From Kiritimatiellota bacterium (lineage in GTDB: Bacteria > Verrucomicrobiota > Lentisphaeria > Oligosphaerales > JAADHN01): 64,000 bases of DNA. The notes under the pieces are model-generated. The model searched no databases. It saw only the letters and a program-made list of their open reading frames with translations, and was not told the origin of the DNA. The first letter of the stretch is position 1. Each line of letters opens with the position of its first letter. Shown piece after piece: positions 54,636 through 64,000 of the stretch. The stretch spans positions 35,673 through 99,672 of the forward strand of contig JAADHN010000048.1 of NCBI GenBank assembly GCA_013151865.1, given 5' to 3'. The position numbers and the translations under genes were made by a program.

Positions 54636-55745
54636 TTATCCGGGAAAAGGGAGCACTCGACCTCGGAAGTTGGTGAAACGAGGCGGACCGCCCGGCCTCG
54701 ATGGTGGGTGCTCCGGGCAGGGCTCGAGCACGACCTTGCCGCCGCCGTTGGGCAGGTCCGCCGCCAGGTTGGGCACGGCCAGCCCGGACAACCGGCCCCG
54801 AAGGGCGTGCAGGATCCCGCGGGCGGCGGCGAGGGACGTTCGGAAGTGCATGGCGCCTTCGGCCGGGTCGGCCATCAGCAGATAATACGGTTTCACCCGA
54901 CACTTCAGGAGTTCTGTACAGAGGGCTCGAATGGTCTCTGCGCGGTCGTTTACGCCCCGCAGGAGCACGGTTTGATTCAAAACGGGAATGCCGGCGCACG
55001 TCAGGTTCGTGCAGGCGGTTGCGGACTCCTCAGTGACTTCCCAGGGGTGATTGAAGTGGGTGACCACCCAGACCGGCAGGCGTCGGTGGCCGAGCAGCGC
55101 GCAAAACTCCGGCGTGAAACGGCAGGGAAGAACGACCGGCAGGCGCGTGCCGATCCGGACGATTTCGATATTGTCCAAAGACCCCAGGCGGTCGAGTATG
55201 TCCCGGATGTCGGCGTCGGGCGCCAGCAGCGGATCGCCGCCGGAGAGGATGACCTCCCGGACCGCGGTGCAGCGGCCGATGTAGGCCAGGGCCCGATCGA
55301 GCCGTTCTTCGGTCATGTCGGGGAGGGGGGCGCGCCACAGGCGTTTTCGAAAACAGTGCCGGCAGTGCACGGCACAGCGGGAGTTCATCAGGAGCAGGAC
55401 CCGGTCCGGGTAACGGTGGATGAGGCCGGGAACGGGGGTGGCGCGGTCTTCGTCGAGGGGGTCGGGAGTCTGGCTTGGCCGGGGAAGAACCTCGGCGGGT
55501 GCGGGAACACACTGCCGGAGAATGGGATCGTCCAGGGAGGTGCTGCGCGCCAGTGAAAGGTAGTACGGGGAGACCAATACGGGATATCGCTGCGCCGCGT
55601 TACGGCGCGCGTCGATTTCTTCGGGGCAGAGCCGGAGCGCCGCCGCCAAAGCTTCCCAGTTCCGCACCGCGGCAGCCATCTGCCGCCGCCAAACCGGGCC
55701 GGCGTTCCCCCGGATTGTGTTACGGGCCGCTTCGAAGCTCTTCAC
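54636..55745 (-). CDS. KamA-family radical SAM aminomutase (lysine 2,3-aminomutase / EpmB-like)
   Basis: Track ORF (GTG 55745). Motifs are GLIHRYPDRVLLLMNSRCAVHCRHCFRKR (CxxxCxxC), ILSGGDPL and VTHFNHPWE. Confidence 0.9.
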   Translation of the reverse strand: MKSFEAARNTIRGNAGPVWRRQMAAAVRNWEALAAALRLCPEEIDARRNAAQRYPVLVSPYYLSLARSTSLDDPILRQCVPAPAEVLPRPSQTPDPLDEDRATPVPGLIHRYPDRVLLLMNSRCAVHCRHCFRKRLWRAPLPDMTEERLDRALAYIGRCTAVREVILSGGDPLLAPDADIRDILDRLGSLDNIEIVRIGTRLPVVLPCRFTPEFCALLGHRRLPVWVVTHFNHPWEVTEESATACTNLTCAGIPVLNQTVLLRGVNDRAETIRALCTELLKCRVKPYYLLMADPAEGAMHFRTSLAAARGILHALRGRLSGLAVPNLAADLPNGGGKVVLEPCPEHPPSRPGGPPRFTNFRGRVLPFPG

Positions 55746-55804
55746 TCATTGTCTCCCGGTGTATGGATTTTGGGTCTCGGGGTAATATAGTATGGGTCCG
55801 TCCC

Positions 55805-55883
55805 GAAAAGGGGTCTCGCGCCGACGCGCGGCTTCTTGCCGGGACCGTTCGGTGTTTGTGCCCGATTCGCGGGACCCCTTTTC
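55805..55883. repeat. Long-range inverted repeat in the kamA-like/tig divergent spacer
   Basis: GAAAAGGGGTC (55805-55815) and GACCCCTTTTC (55873-55883) are a perfect 11-bp pair. It extends imperfectly to about 19 nt per arm, with a 57-nt spacer. Confidence 0.75.
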
Positions 55884-56231
55884 CCGCAAGTCTTCCCGGG
55901 CAGGACGCCAACGGTGTATTTCGAAGGTCGCCCGCCGCCCGTATGCAGTCCTCCTGCCGGGGAACGGTCCCCCGTTCGAAAGGTCCTTGTTCCGGCGGCT
56001 TCTTGTTGGAGAGTGTCGGGCAGGATTCAGTGCGCCCCGGGCCTTCCTTGAGGAGGGTGTTGCAGTGCATTTTCCGGGGGGGCGCCCCGGCGCCGACAAC
56101 ATTCGCGGCCGGTGCGTGGGGTCCGTGGGATCCTCCCGGGTTTTACGCTTGCACTTTGCTATACGACCTGCCGTGGGGCGCAGCCGGCGACCGTGGTATT
56201 TCCGAGCGTTGTTTCATAAGGACATGGGCCA

Positions 56232-57680
56232 GTGGATCCTGCCAACATCACCGTTGTCCGCGAAGAACCCGAGCCATGCCGGGTCCGGTTGAATATCGAA
56301 GTGCCTGCTGAGATCGTTGCGGATCGGTTTGCCGCGGCGATGAACGGGTTCCGGCGCCAAGCGCGGCTGCCCGGCTTCCGCAAAGGCAAGGCCCCGGATG
56401 CACTGGTTTTGCGCAAATTCGATACGGATATCCGCCAGCACGTTCAGGACGAACTGATCCAAATGGGCCTGAAAGAGGCACTGGGCCGGGAGGAGAAGCA
56501 TCCGGCGAGTCGGGTCGAACTCAGCAACCCGAAACAGTTGCGGGTCGACGTCAACGACAGCTTCGTTTTTGCTGTCAGCTACGATGTGGATCCCGAATTC
56601 GAACTGCCGGATTATCGGGCGCTTCGGATTGAAGAAGCGGACGTGGCCGTTGACGATGCGCAGGTCGCGGGGGCCGTAGACGAGTGGTTGGAGAACCAGG
56701 CGACCTTTGAGGTCGTGGAGCGTCCGGCCGCCGCCGAAGATTTGCTGAAAGTCTCGTACACGGGGCAACTGACCGAGCCGTTGCCTGACGGAGAAGAATT
56801 GCCCGAGAGCGCCAAGGCCCTCCTTTCCCCGTCTGCGGAGACCTGGGTCCCGTTGCGTGAGCCCGGCATCCTGCCCAACGTGGTGGAACAGCTCATCGGC
56901 TGTGTCGCCGGGGACGAGAAAGAGGTGGTTGTACGTTTTCCGGAGGACTACTTCGAAGAATTCCTTCGCGGCCGGACGGCGCGAATCCACATGACCATCC
57001 TCGAGGTCCAGGGCCGGTCCGTACCGGAGCTGACGGACGAGTTCGCCAAAAACATCGGTGCGGAAGACGCCGCGGCCGTACGGGCGGTGTTCCGCCAGCG
57101 TCTCGAGCTGGAGGGACGGGTCCAACGCTACCAAGCCTTGCGACGCAAAGTGTTGGAGGCCGTCACAGACATTCCGGACTTTCCTTTGCCGCCGCGGCTG
57201 CTGGCAGCGGAGACCCAGACGGTCTTCATGGCCTTGCTCCAGTCGGAATTCCAGCGCGGCGTGTCCGACGAAGAACTCGAAGGTCGCCGGAATGAGTTGT
57301 ACAATCAAGCCCGGGAGATGGCCGCGCGCCGGCTTAAACAGCGCTGCATGTTGCTGGAGATCGCCAAAGCCGAGGGCTTGGAGGTTGCGCCCGCGGAATT
57401 GACTGAAGTAATCCGGGAGATGAGCCGTCGCGAGAAGGTGCCGGAGAAACGACTGCGGCGGCGTCTCGAGGAATCGGGGCGCATTTATCTGATCATGGAA
57501 CGCCTGTTGGTCGACAAGGTCCTGAACTGGTTGGTCGCACGGGTGGACGGCACAGATGAGGCGCCCGACGAAAAGGGGACGTTCGGGCCGGCGGAGACCG
57601 CCGCGAGCGACGCGGCGCCTGAGGCGGCGGCGGCAGCCCCGGACTCCGAACCGGCCGCGGACGAAGAAGGAGGCGATTGA
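56232..57680 (+). CDS. tig: Trigger factor
   Basis: Track ORF (GTG start). The ribosome-binding signature is RLPGFRKGKAP. The order is tig-clpP-clpX. It has an unusual acidic/Ala-rich C-terminal extension. Confidence 0.9.
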   Translation: MDPANITVVREEPEPCRVRLNIEVPAEIVADRFAAAMNGFRRQARLPGFRKGKAPDALVLRKFDTDIRQHVQDELIQMGLKEALGREEKHPASRVELSNPKQLRVDVNDSFVFAVSYDVDPEFELPDYRALRIEEADVAVDDAQVAGAVDEWLENQATFEVVERPAAAEDLLKVSYTGQLTEPLPDGEELPESAKALLSPSAETWVPLREPGILPNVVEQLIGCVAGDEKEVVVRFPEDYFEEFLRGRTARIHMTILEVQGRSVPELTDEFAKNIGAEDAAAVRAVFRQRLELEGRVQRYQALRRKVLEAVTDIPDFPLPPRLLAAETQTVFMALLQSEFQRGVSDEELEGRRNELYNQAREMAARRLKQRCMLLEIAKAEGLEVAPAELTEVIREMSRREKVPEKRLRRRLEESGRIYLIMERLLVDKVLNWLVARVDGTDEAPDEKGTFGPAETAASDAAPEAAAAAPDSEPAADEEGGD

Positions 57681-57683
57681 GCC

Positions 57684-58322
57684 ATGCCTGTACCGGTCAA
57701 CCAGATGTACGTGCCGATCGTGGTCGAGCCCACGGCCCATGGTGAGCGCGGGTATGACATTTATTCGCGATTGCTCAAGGACCGGATTGTGTTGCTCGGC
57801 ACCCCCATCGACGATCACGTGGCCAACCTGTTGATCGCCGAGTTCCTCTATCTGCAAAGCGAAGATCCGAAGAAAGACATTGAGTTTTACATCAACAGTC
57901 CGGGCGGATCGGTTTCGGCCGGTTTGGCTCTGTACGACACCGTGCAGATGACGAGCTGCGACGTGAAAACCTACTGTGTCGGTCAAGCGGCAAGCATGGC
58001 TGCGATCCTGCTTGCCTCCGGGACGGCCGGGAAGCGTTTCGCACTTCCCCATGCGCGGATTATGATTCATCAGCCCATGGGCGGTGCAGAAGGGACTGCG
58101 TCCGACATCCATATCCAGGCTGAAGAGATCCTGCGGATTCGCACCGTGCTCAACCAATTGCTTGCCCAGCACACCGGCAAGACATTGAAACGAATTGCCC
58201 GGGACACGGACCGGGATTTCTTCATGTCCGCCAAGGAGGCTGCCGAGTACGGAATCGTCGACGTGGTGCTCGAACCTTCCCGCAAGGTCGGCAAGAAAGC
58301 GGCGGGCCCCGTTGCCTCGTGA
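57684..58322 (+). CDS. clpP: ATP-dependent Clp protease proteolytic subunit
   Basis: Track ORF. Motifs are YINSPGGSV, the catalytic Ser in [14 protein letters not shown] and DTDRDFFM. Confidence 0.95.
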   Translation: MPVPVNQMYVPIVVEPTAHGERGYDIYSRLLKDRIVLLGTPIDDHVANLLIAEFLYLQSEDPKKDIEFYINSPGGSVSAGLALYDTVQMTSCDVKTYCVGQAASMAAILLASGTAGKRFALPHARIMIHQPMGGAEGTASDIHIQAEEILRIRTVLNQLLAQHTGKTLKRIARDTDRDFFMSAKEAAEYGIVDVVLEPSRKVGKKAAGPVAS

Positions 58323-58350
58323 CCGGACTCGTTATTCAGGAGACTCTTTC

Positions 58351-59679
58351 ATGGCGGCCCGGCATGGACGCGGAAAGAACGACGATTACTTCTGTGCCTT
58401 TTGCGGTCGGGCGCGGGCGGAAGTCCCCCAGCTCATTACCAGCCCCACCGGCGTTGCGATCTGCAGCGACTGCGTGGTGGTGTGCACGCAGATGCTGGAG
58501 GGGCCGGGTGAAGACGCCCCGACCCCGACTCGCCGCCGGAAAGGCGCCGCAACCCGATCCGACGGTCCTGCTCTGCAAGTCCCCAAGCCTATTGAGCTGA
58601 AGGGGTTCCTTGATGAATACGTGGTGGGGCAGGACTACGTTAAGAAAGCTCTTTCCGTCGCGGTGCACAATCATTACAAGCGGCTCCAACGTGCCCGGAT
58701 GTCCCCGCAGACCTCGGACGACCAAGTCGAGATCGAGAAGAGCAACATTTTGTTGATCGGCCCCACCGGCTCGGGGAAAACGCTCCTCGCGCGGACTCTG
58801 GCCCGGAGGCTGGACGTGCCCTTCGCCATAACCGACGCCACGACGCTGACTGAGGCGGGTTACGTGGGCGAAGACGTGGAGAACATCATCCTGCGACTCG
58901 TCCAGGCCGCCGACTATGATGTGGAGCGCGCTCAGGTCGGCATCATCTACGTGGACGAAATCGACAAGATCGCGCGCCGAACCGAGAACGTTTCCATCAC
59001 GCGCGACGTTTCCGGAGAAGGGGTGCAGCAGGCTTTGCTGAAAATCCTGGAAGGGACGGTCGCCAATGTGCCCCCGAAAGGCGGGCGGAAGCATCCGCAA
59101 CAGGATTACCTGCGTGTGGATACGTCGCACATCCTCTTCATCTGCGCCGGCGCTTTTGTGGGGCTGGAGCAGATCGTCCGGCGCCGCATGGGGCGACATA
59201 TCCTGGGGTTTTCGGCCGGCCGGGACGGGGACCGGAATGTGGCCGTCGGTGATGACGCGGAGATACTGCGGCAGGTGGAACCCGAGGACCTGATCCAATT
59301 CGGCATGATCCCCGAATTCGTAGGTCGCCTGCCGCTGGTCGCCTGCCTTGGGGCGCTCACTGAAGACGAATTGGTCCGAATCCTCACCAAAACCCGGAAC
59401 GCCCTCGTGCGTCAGTACCAAGCCCTCTTTGCCATGGAGGGCGTTTCGCTCCGTTTCACCGACCGTGCTTTGCGCGCCCTGGCTCGGAAGGCCATCGAAA
59501 AAGGCACCGGTGCGCGGGGGCTGCGTGCCATTCTGGAGACCCTGATGGTGGACATCATGTTTGAGGTCCCCTCGCGTCGGGACGTGGAGACCTGCATCAT
59601 CGACGAAAGCGCCGTGCTCGGTAAAAGCCCGCCGAAGCTCCGGCTGAAGAGCGCGAAGGAAGAACGCCGCATCGCGTGA
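58351..59679 (+). CDS. clpX: ATP-dependent Clp protease ATP-binding subunit ClpX
   Basis: Track ORF 58195..59679, with the start at ATG 58351 ([20 protein letters not shown]...CSDCV zinc ribbon). Walker A is [13 protein letters not shown], and Walker B is [10 protein letters not shown]. Confidence 0.95.
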   Translation: MAARHGRGKNDDYFCAFCGRARAEVPQLITSPTGVAICSDCVVVCTQMLEGPGEDAPTPTRRRKGAATRSDGPALQVPKPIELKGFLDEYVVGQDYVKKALSVAVHNHYKRLQRARMSPQTSDDQVEIEKSNILLIGPTGSGKTLLARTLARRLDVPFAITDATTLTEAGYVGEDVENIILRLVQAADYDVERAQVGIIYVDEIDKIARRTENVSITRDVSGEGVQQALLKILEGTVANVPPKGGRKHPQQDYLRVDTSHILFICAGAFVGLEQIVRRRMGRHILGFSAGRDGDRNVAVGDDAEILRQVEPEDLIQFGMIPEFVGRLPLVACLGALTEDELVRILTKTRNALVRQYQALFAMEGVSLRFTDRALRALARKAIEKGTGARGLRAILETLMVDIMFEVPSRRDVETCIIDESAVLGKSPPKLRLKSAKEERRIA

Positions 59680-59738
59680 GTCGCGGGACTTCGGCCCCGT
59701 CCGGCCCCGAAACGGTGCGGAGTCGCCCGTCCGCCGCA

Positions 59739-60938
59739 TCATTTCAGACTCTCAGGGACTTCCACGCGGCTGTTTTCTCCGTCCCGCCCAACGTAACGCC
59801 GGTGAACGCGTCGGCCGATCTGGCACATCAGTTCGTATGGGATCGTGCCTGCTTTGCGGGCGACTGCGGCGATGGAGACCGCTACGGGGCCGGTGTTGCC
59901 AACGAGCACAACTTCGTCCCCGATTTCCGCGTCCGGTACGTTTTCAAGCGAAATCATGGTGTAATCCATGCACACCATGCCGACCACGGGGCAGGTCCGC
60001 TCCCGGACCAGAGCGCTTCCGGTGTTCGACAAAGAACGGGGGTAGCCGTCGGCATAACCAATGGCCACAGTGCCGATGCGCTCCCCCCCCGGTCGGGTCA
60101 CAGCGTACGTCCGGCCATAGCCCACCGTGGCCCCTTGGGGGAGCGTGCGGATGCCGACCAGGCGCGACTTGAGGGAGAAGACCGGGCGCGCCCGGTAGGG
60201 ACGCGGTGTGATGGAGAGGTGGGCCCCGTGCAGGTCCAACCCCGGGCGCACCATGTTGAACGGGGCGCGGTACGCCTCCGGCAGCCCGGCGACAGCCGCA
60301 CTGTTGGCCATGTGCCGCCATTTGAATCCGCACCCCGCCGACTCGAGTTCGCGGACCAGGGATGCGAACTCCGCTATCTGCCTGTACGTGGGGGCATCAC
60401 GGCGCCCGGCCGTGGGAAAGTGCGTGTAGATGCCTTCGGTCAGAATGCCGGGAAGGCGACTGATCCGCAGGATTTCGTCCAAGGCGCTGGACAGAACGAT
60501 CCCCAGTCGCCCCATGCCCGAGTCCACCTGGATGTGCACGGAGACGCGGCGTCCGACCGCCTGAGCTGCATCGCTGATCCGAAGGGCAGTGGCATAGTCC
60601 GGGATTGAAGCGACAATCCCGGTCTCCACCACTGCGGGGACTTCGGCCGGGAGAACGGCCCCCAGCAAAAGGACCTGCATCCCGAGATCCAGTAATTCCC
60701 GGCCTTCTTCGATACTGGCGACGGCAAGATGACGGCATCCGGCCCGTCGGAAAGCGCGGGCGGCTTCCGGCGCCCCCAGGCCGTAGGCGTTTGCTTTGAC
60801 CACTGCCAAGACTGTGGCGGGGGAAACAGCCCCGGCGACGGCACGAAAATTCTCTTCCCAGGCGCGGACGTCGATTTCGACCCATGCCCTGGGCATCACC
60901 GGATGCACGGCGTCGGGATTTTCACGGGGACACAGCAT
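59739..60938 (-). CDS. alr: Alanine racemase
   Basis: Track ORF. The PLP lysine lies in AVVKANAYGLG, followed by VDSGMGRLG and the C-terminal domain. Confidence 0.9.
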   Translation of the reverse strand: MLCPRENPDAVHPVMPRAWVEIDVRAWEENFRAVAGAVSPATVLAVVKANAYGLGAPEAARAFRRAGCRHLAVASIEEGRELLDLGMQVLLLGAVLPAEVPAVVETGIVASIPDYATALRISDAAQAVGRRVSVHIQVDSGMGRLGIVLSSALDEILRISRLPGILTEGIYTHFPTAGRRDAPTYRQIAEFASLVRELESAGCGFKWRHMANSAAVAGLPEAYRAPFNMVRPGLDLHGAHLSITPRPYRARPVFSLKSRLVGIRTLPQGATVGYGRTYAVTRPGGERIGTVAIGYADGYPRSLSNTGSALVRERTCPVVGMVCMDYTMISLENVPDAEIGDEVVLVGNTGPVAVSIAAVARKAGTIPYELMCQIGRRVHRRYVGRDGENSRVEVPESLK

Positions 60939-61113
60939 GCAATCGCACCTTCGTTCGGTTTCTCCCGGACCGCGGGAGGGCGCCTCGGGGCGCCGGTGAT
61001 CCTGCTCTGGTTGTCGGACATTCGGAACGGGCGCACCGGAGCACGCTTGCCCTCTGAAATCTACACCCGAGCCGCGGGGGACGCCGCAAGTCGCGGGCCT
61101 TTTTTTCGCCTGC

Positions 61114-61156
61114 TTGCGGGATCGCGCCTTCGGTATTATAGTCTAATTCGACCATA
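61114..61156 (+). promoter_or_regulatory. Candidate promoter plus overlapping 20-bp imperfect palindrome (possible Rrf2 operator)
   Basis: TTGCGG (61114-61119), a 17-nt spacer, then TATAGT (61137-61142). TATAGTCTAATTCGACCATA (61137-61156) matches its own reverse complement at 16 of 20 positions. This is the AT-richest spot of the spacer. Confidence 0.4.
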
Positions 61157-61175
61157 GAAATATCTTCGTATCACC

Positions 61176-61216
61176 CTCTGCCGGCAGGCGGACGTCCTCG
61201 AGTCGAGCCGGCAGAG
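61176..61216 (+). repeat. Perfect 10-bp inverted repeat in the rrf2 leader
   Basis: CTCTGCCGGC (61176-61185) / GCCGGCAGAG (61207-61216) with a 21-nt spacer, 49 nt upstream of the ATG at 61265. Confidence 0.8.
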
Positions 61217-61264
61217 AAATCATCGTCCGGGATCGACCCCCGGACCATTGGAGATTGACCGATT

Positions 61265-61702
61265 ATGAAGCTGTCCACCCGTGTCCGGTTCGGACTTCGG
61301 ATTATGATGCAAATCGCTTCCGAGTGTTCGCGCAAGCCGGTTTTCGCCGGTCGGATTGCGGCCACCCAGGGCATCTCCGAGGCGTACGTGGACCAGATCC
61401 TGATGCCGTTGCGGGCCGGTGGCCTTCTGGTGAGCCGTCGCGGTCGCTCCGGGGGGTACCTGCTGGCTCGTCCGGCAGAGCAGATCACCGTGCTTGAAAT
61501 CGTCGAGACCCTGGAAGGCCGTTTGAACCTGGTGGATTGCACCGAGAACCCCGCTTCGTGCGAGCGCTCGCCGTTTTGCGCCACCCACCGACTCTGGTGT
61601 CGTCTTTCCGATACAATTCGGGAGACGCTCGAGGCGGTGACGCTTGCCGACGTGCAGGAGGAGCAGGAGGCCCTCACCCCGATTGTGGAATACGTGATCT
61701 GA
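61265..61702 (+). CDS. Rrf2-family transcriptional regulator (IscR/CymR-like, with 3 Cys)
   Basis: Track ORF. The wHTH is [18 protein letters not shown]...[38 protein letters not shown]. The Cys cluster is [14 protein letters not shown]. Confidence 0.9.
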   Translation: MKLSTRVRFGLRIMMQIASECSRKPVFAGRIAATQGISEAYVDQILMPLRAGGLLVSRRGRSGGYLLARPAEQITVLEIVETLEGRLNLVDCTENPASCERSPFCATHRLWCRLSDTIRETLEAVTLADVQEEQEALTPIVEYVI

Positions 61703-61767
61703 ACCGCCGCCGAACTCCATCCGGCGGTGGAGGATTCGAGCCGTGCCAACGAAGAGAGACCTTTCCC

Positions 61768-62745
61768 ATGGCGATTTACCCGGACATAACAGCTACAGTC
61801 GGCGGCACGCCGTTGGTGCGCCTGAACCGGTTGACTGCCGGCATCGACTGTCGGGTGGCGGTGAAGCTCGAGTCCTTCAATCCGTTGGGGTGCGTCAAGG
61901 AACGTATCGCCATTTCGATGGTTGAAGCGGCCGAGAAGAGCGGGGAATTGAGACCCGGCGGCACGATTATCGAGCCCACGAGCGGGAACACCGGGATCGG
62001 TCTTGCCATGGTTGCGGCCGCCCGGGGGTACCGGCTGGTCCTGACCATGCCCGCCAGTATGTCGGTGGAACGGCGCAGTCTTTTGCGCATGTTGGGCGCC
62101 CAAGTGGTCCTGACGCCTGCGACGGCCGGAATGGAAGGTGCGATCGAGAAAGCAGAGGAATTGGCGGCGACCACTCCCGACAGTTTCATGCCGCAGCAGT
62201 TTCGGAACCCGGCGAACCCTGCGGTCCACCGCCGTACGACAGCCGTCGAGATTTGGGAGGATACGAACGGAGAGATCGACGTGTTCGTGGCGGGCGTGGG
62301 CACGGGCGGCACGATTACGGGCGTGGGGCGTTTTCTCAAGAAAAAGAAACCCGGTGTCCGGATCGTGGCGGTGGAACCGCTTGCTTCGGCAGTCCTTTCG
62401 GGACACCTTCCCGGAAAGCACGGGATTCAGGGCATCGGTGCGGGGTTCATCCCGGATGTCTTGGACCGCAAAGTGATCGACGCCATTGTAGGCGTCCGCG
62501 GGGAAGACGCCATGGCGACTGCCCGTGATTTGGCCCGACAGGAAGGCATCCTGGCCGGCATCAGTTCCGGTGCGGCCCTTTGGGCGGCGCTGCGGGAAGC
62601 CCGTCGATCCGAAAGTCGCGGTAAATTGGTCGTAACGTTGCTCCCGGACACCGGCGAACGGTATCTCAGCACGGCCCTGTTCGATATCCCGGAGGACGGG
62701 GATGACGGCCTCGAGGGGCGCCGTCCCGCCGGGCGTCGGCGTTGA
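61768..62745 (+). CDS. cysK: Cysteine synthase A (O-acetylserine sulfhydrylase)
   Basis: Track ORF 61537..62745, with the start at ATG 61768 ([22 protein letters not shown]). The PLP lysine lies in [11 protein letters not shown], followed by [12 protein letters not shown] and GISSGAA. Confidence 0.95.
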   Translation: MAIYPDITATVGGTPLVRLNRLTAGIDCRVAVKLESFNPLGCVKERIAISMVEAAEKSGELRPGGTIIEPTSGNTGIGLAMVAAARGYRLVLTMPASMSVERRSLLRMLGAQVVLTPATAGMEGAIEKAEELAATTPDSFMPQQFRNPANPAVHRRTTAVEIWEDTNGEIDVFVAGVGTGGTITGVGRFLKKKKPGVRIVAVEPLASAVLSGHLPGKHGIQGIGAGFIPDVLDRKVIDAIVGVRGEDAMATARDLARQEGILAGISSGAALWAALREARRSESRGKLVVTLLPDTGERYLSTALFDIPEDGDDGLEGRRPAGRRR

Positions 62746-62835
62746 GCTTCCGGCCCCTGCGTGGGCAATACGGGCGTTGTCCGCGCTCAGCGCGCCGACT
62801 TGCCGCGACCGGACCTGCCCGAAAACGGTCGGCCC

Positions 62836-64000
62836 CTACCGGGATGGATACAGCGGGCGGAATTGGATCGCCCGCCGATTTCGGTAGATCGCCTCGAGTG
62901 TCGGAATGTGTTCTTCCCTGCCGGTGGCCTTCAGGTGCGCGATGTACCGCTCGAGCTGAAGCCGGGTGTGGAAAGGACCGCCTTCCCGCATGATCTGCCA
63001 AAGCGGATCGACCATTTGGTTCGAACTCGCCATCTGTGCGGTCGTCCATTGCTCGAGCAGAGCGAGCCCGTGGTCGACCAAGTCCGGACGGTCGGCAGAC
63101 AGGTCGCGCGTTTCGTGCGGGTCGGCCTCGAGGTCGAACAACGCAATGGGCGGCAGGTCTTTCATGCCGGGATCGTACGTGCGGAGCAGGAGGTAGCGGT
63201 CCCAGCGGACGGAGCGCTGGCAGGCCCAGGCCATCTGGCTCAGGACGAGATAGTCGCGGCCGGTCGTGGCGGCGTCACCCGTGATGGCCTCGGCGAAGCT
63301 GGTGCCGTCCCAGTGGTCCGGGATCGGCCTGTCCAATAGTTTCATGAGTGTCGGGGGCAAGTCGATATTGTAGTGTAGGCCGCTTTCAATCACCCCCTTG
63401 CGACCGCCGGGCCACCGCACTACCAACGGAATGCGCGCGGTGCACTCGTCGGCGGTTTGATGGTCGCCGAAGATGTTGAGTTCGCCCTGGTTTTCACCGT
63501 GGTCGCTGCTGACGATGATGGCGGTATCGTCGAGAACTCCCTGCCGTTCGAGGAGTCCCAACAGCTCGCCGAAATGACGGTCCATGTAAAGAATGCCTGT
63601 GTCGTACCCGTCGATCCACCTCTTGTAATCCGCCTTGTCCCGGATGACCGCCGGCTGTCTGGGCCACCGTTTGTCGGAAGCGTTGCCGAACCCGCCCAAG
63701 TCTTGGGGCGAGTGCGACCCGAACGCCTGAAAGCCCCGAGCAATATCCTCCTCGCCGATCCAGTCGGCTTCCGGCGGCAGAGGTTCATCGGCAAAAGGAT
63801 CACCGAAATCGAGCGGGGCCCGGTACGGTGTGTGCGGGTCCCAATAGTGCACGTGCAGGAACCAATTGTCCGAGCTTCCATTGCGCTCGATCCAATCTCG
63901 AGCGTAGGGCTGGACTTCTTCCGCGCTTTCCAGGCCGCCTTTGCCTGGGTTGTAGATCTCGTTCCAGCCGGCGCAGAACTCCCAGGCGCTGTGTCGCTCG
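62836..64000 (-). CDS. Sulfatase-family enzyme; the C-terminal part is present and the N-terminus lies beyond the right edge
   Basis: The track shows 62836..63852 (GTG). The frame stays open to position 64000, and my translation there reads ...RHSAWEFCAGWNEIYNPGKGGLESAEEVQPYARDWIERNGSSDNWFLHVHYWDPHTPY. Also IIVSSDHGENQGE. The catalytic Cys/Ser motif would lie outside the window. Confidence 0.85.
   Translation of the reverse strand, partial: ERHSAWEFCAGWNEIYNPGKGGLESAEEVQPYARDWIERNGSSDNWFLHVHYWDPHTPYRAPLDFGDPFADEPLPPEADWIGEEDIARGFQAFGSHSPQDLGGFGNASDKRWPRQPAVIRDKADYKRWIDGYDTGILYMDRHFGELLGLLERQGVLDDTAIIVSSDHGENQGELNIFGDHQTADECTARIPLVVRWPGGRKGVIESGLHYNIDLPPTLMKLLDRPIPDHWDGTSFAEAITGDAATTGRDYLVLSQMAWACQRSVRWDRYLLLRTYDPGMKDLPPIALFDLEADPHETRDLSADRPDLVDHGLALLEQWTTAQMASSNQMVDPLWQIMREGGPFHTRLQLERYIAHLKATGREEHIPTLEAIYRNRRAIQFRPLYPSR

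Noticed and set aside
55746-56000. Lysine (L-box) riboswitch upstream of the KamA-like gene
   Set aside because: None of the conserved L-box cores (AGAGGCGC, GGAGAGCT-type segments) is present on the minus strand.
56214-59742. Minus-strand ORFs of 652 and 468 aa (56214..58172 and 58336..59742)
   Set aside because: Both are antisense to the unmistakable tig, clpP and clpX genes.
1-64000. CRISPR arrays, IS elements, prophage or defence-island signatures
   Set aside because: I saw no regularly spaced direct repeats and no transposase, integrase, recombinase, restriction or abortive-infection-like ORFs in any frame. The only repeats are the short motifs and palindromes listed above.

Overview
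High-GC (roughly 63-65% by eye) bacterial chromosomal window. It is densely coding: about 45 CDS and one tRNA. I found no CRISPR array, transposase, integrase or phage gene. All calls come from reading the six-frame track and the DNA, with no database search. Gene content fits a diderm, PVC-like organism: BamA, an LptF/G permease, an H-X9-DG pseudopilin, a sulfatase, a GH20-like hydrolase, and PQQ-propeller and beta-helix giants. That phylum guess is inference only. Conserved housekeeping blocks are aroQ-accB-accC, asp23 plus a membrane partner, pyrC, recQ, an AICARFT-only purH-like gene, lptFG-bamA, miaB, tRNA-CAT, yqgE, tig-clpP-clpX, alr, and rrf2-cysK. Genes from 38524 down to 12527 all run on the minus strand. 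Many very long ORFs in the track (for example 3583..6576-, 15003..17732+, 40138..43125-) are antisense shadow ORFs typical of high-GC DNA and are rejected. The items most worth a second look are listed here. (1) Two paralogous giant exported PQQ-propeller proteins carry an embedded class-I SAM-methyltransferase fold. The larger one (1590 aa) also has malectin-like and DNRLRE-like tails and sits directly downstream of a class-I aldolase and a class-III aminotransferase. (2) A 600-bp divergent spacer (38525-39127) holds six copies of GGAGTC(G/T) in alternating orientation. (3) A perfect 44-bp palindrome starts 2 nt after the recQ stop. recQ itself has a HEAT-like C-terminal extension and a suspicious out-of-frame-looking tail. 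(4) A 750-bp lower-GC non-coding island with repeated motifs lies upstream of bamA. (5) Several long structured leaders precede the PSP1 gene, an outer-membrane barrel gene, and the kamA-like/tig spacer. None of these can be called a new system from sequence alone. They are hypotheses, each with an explicit test.
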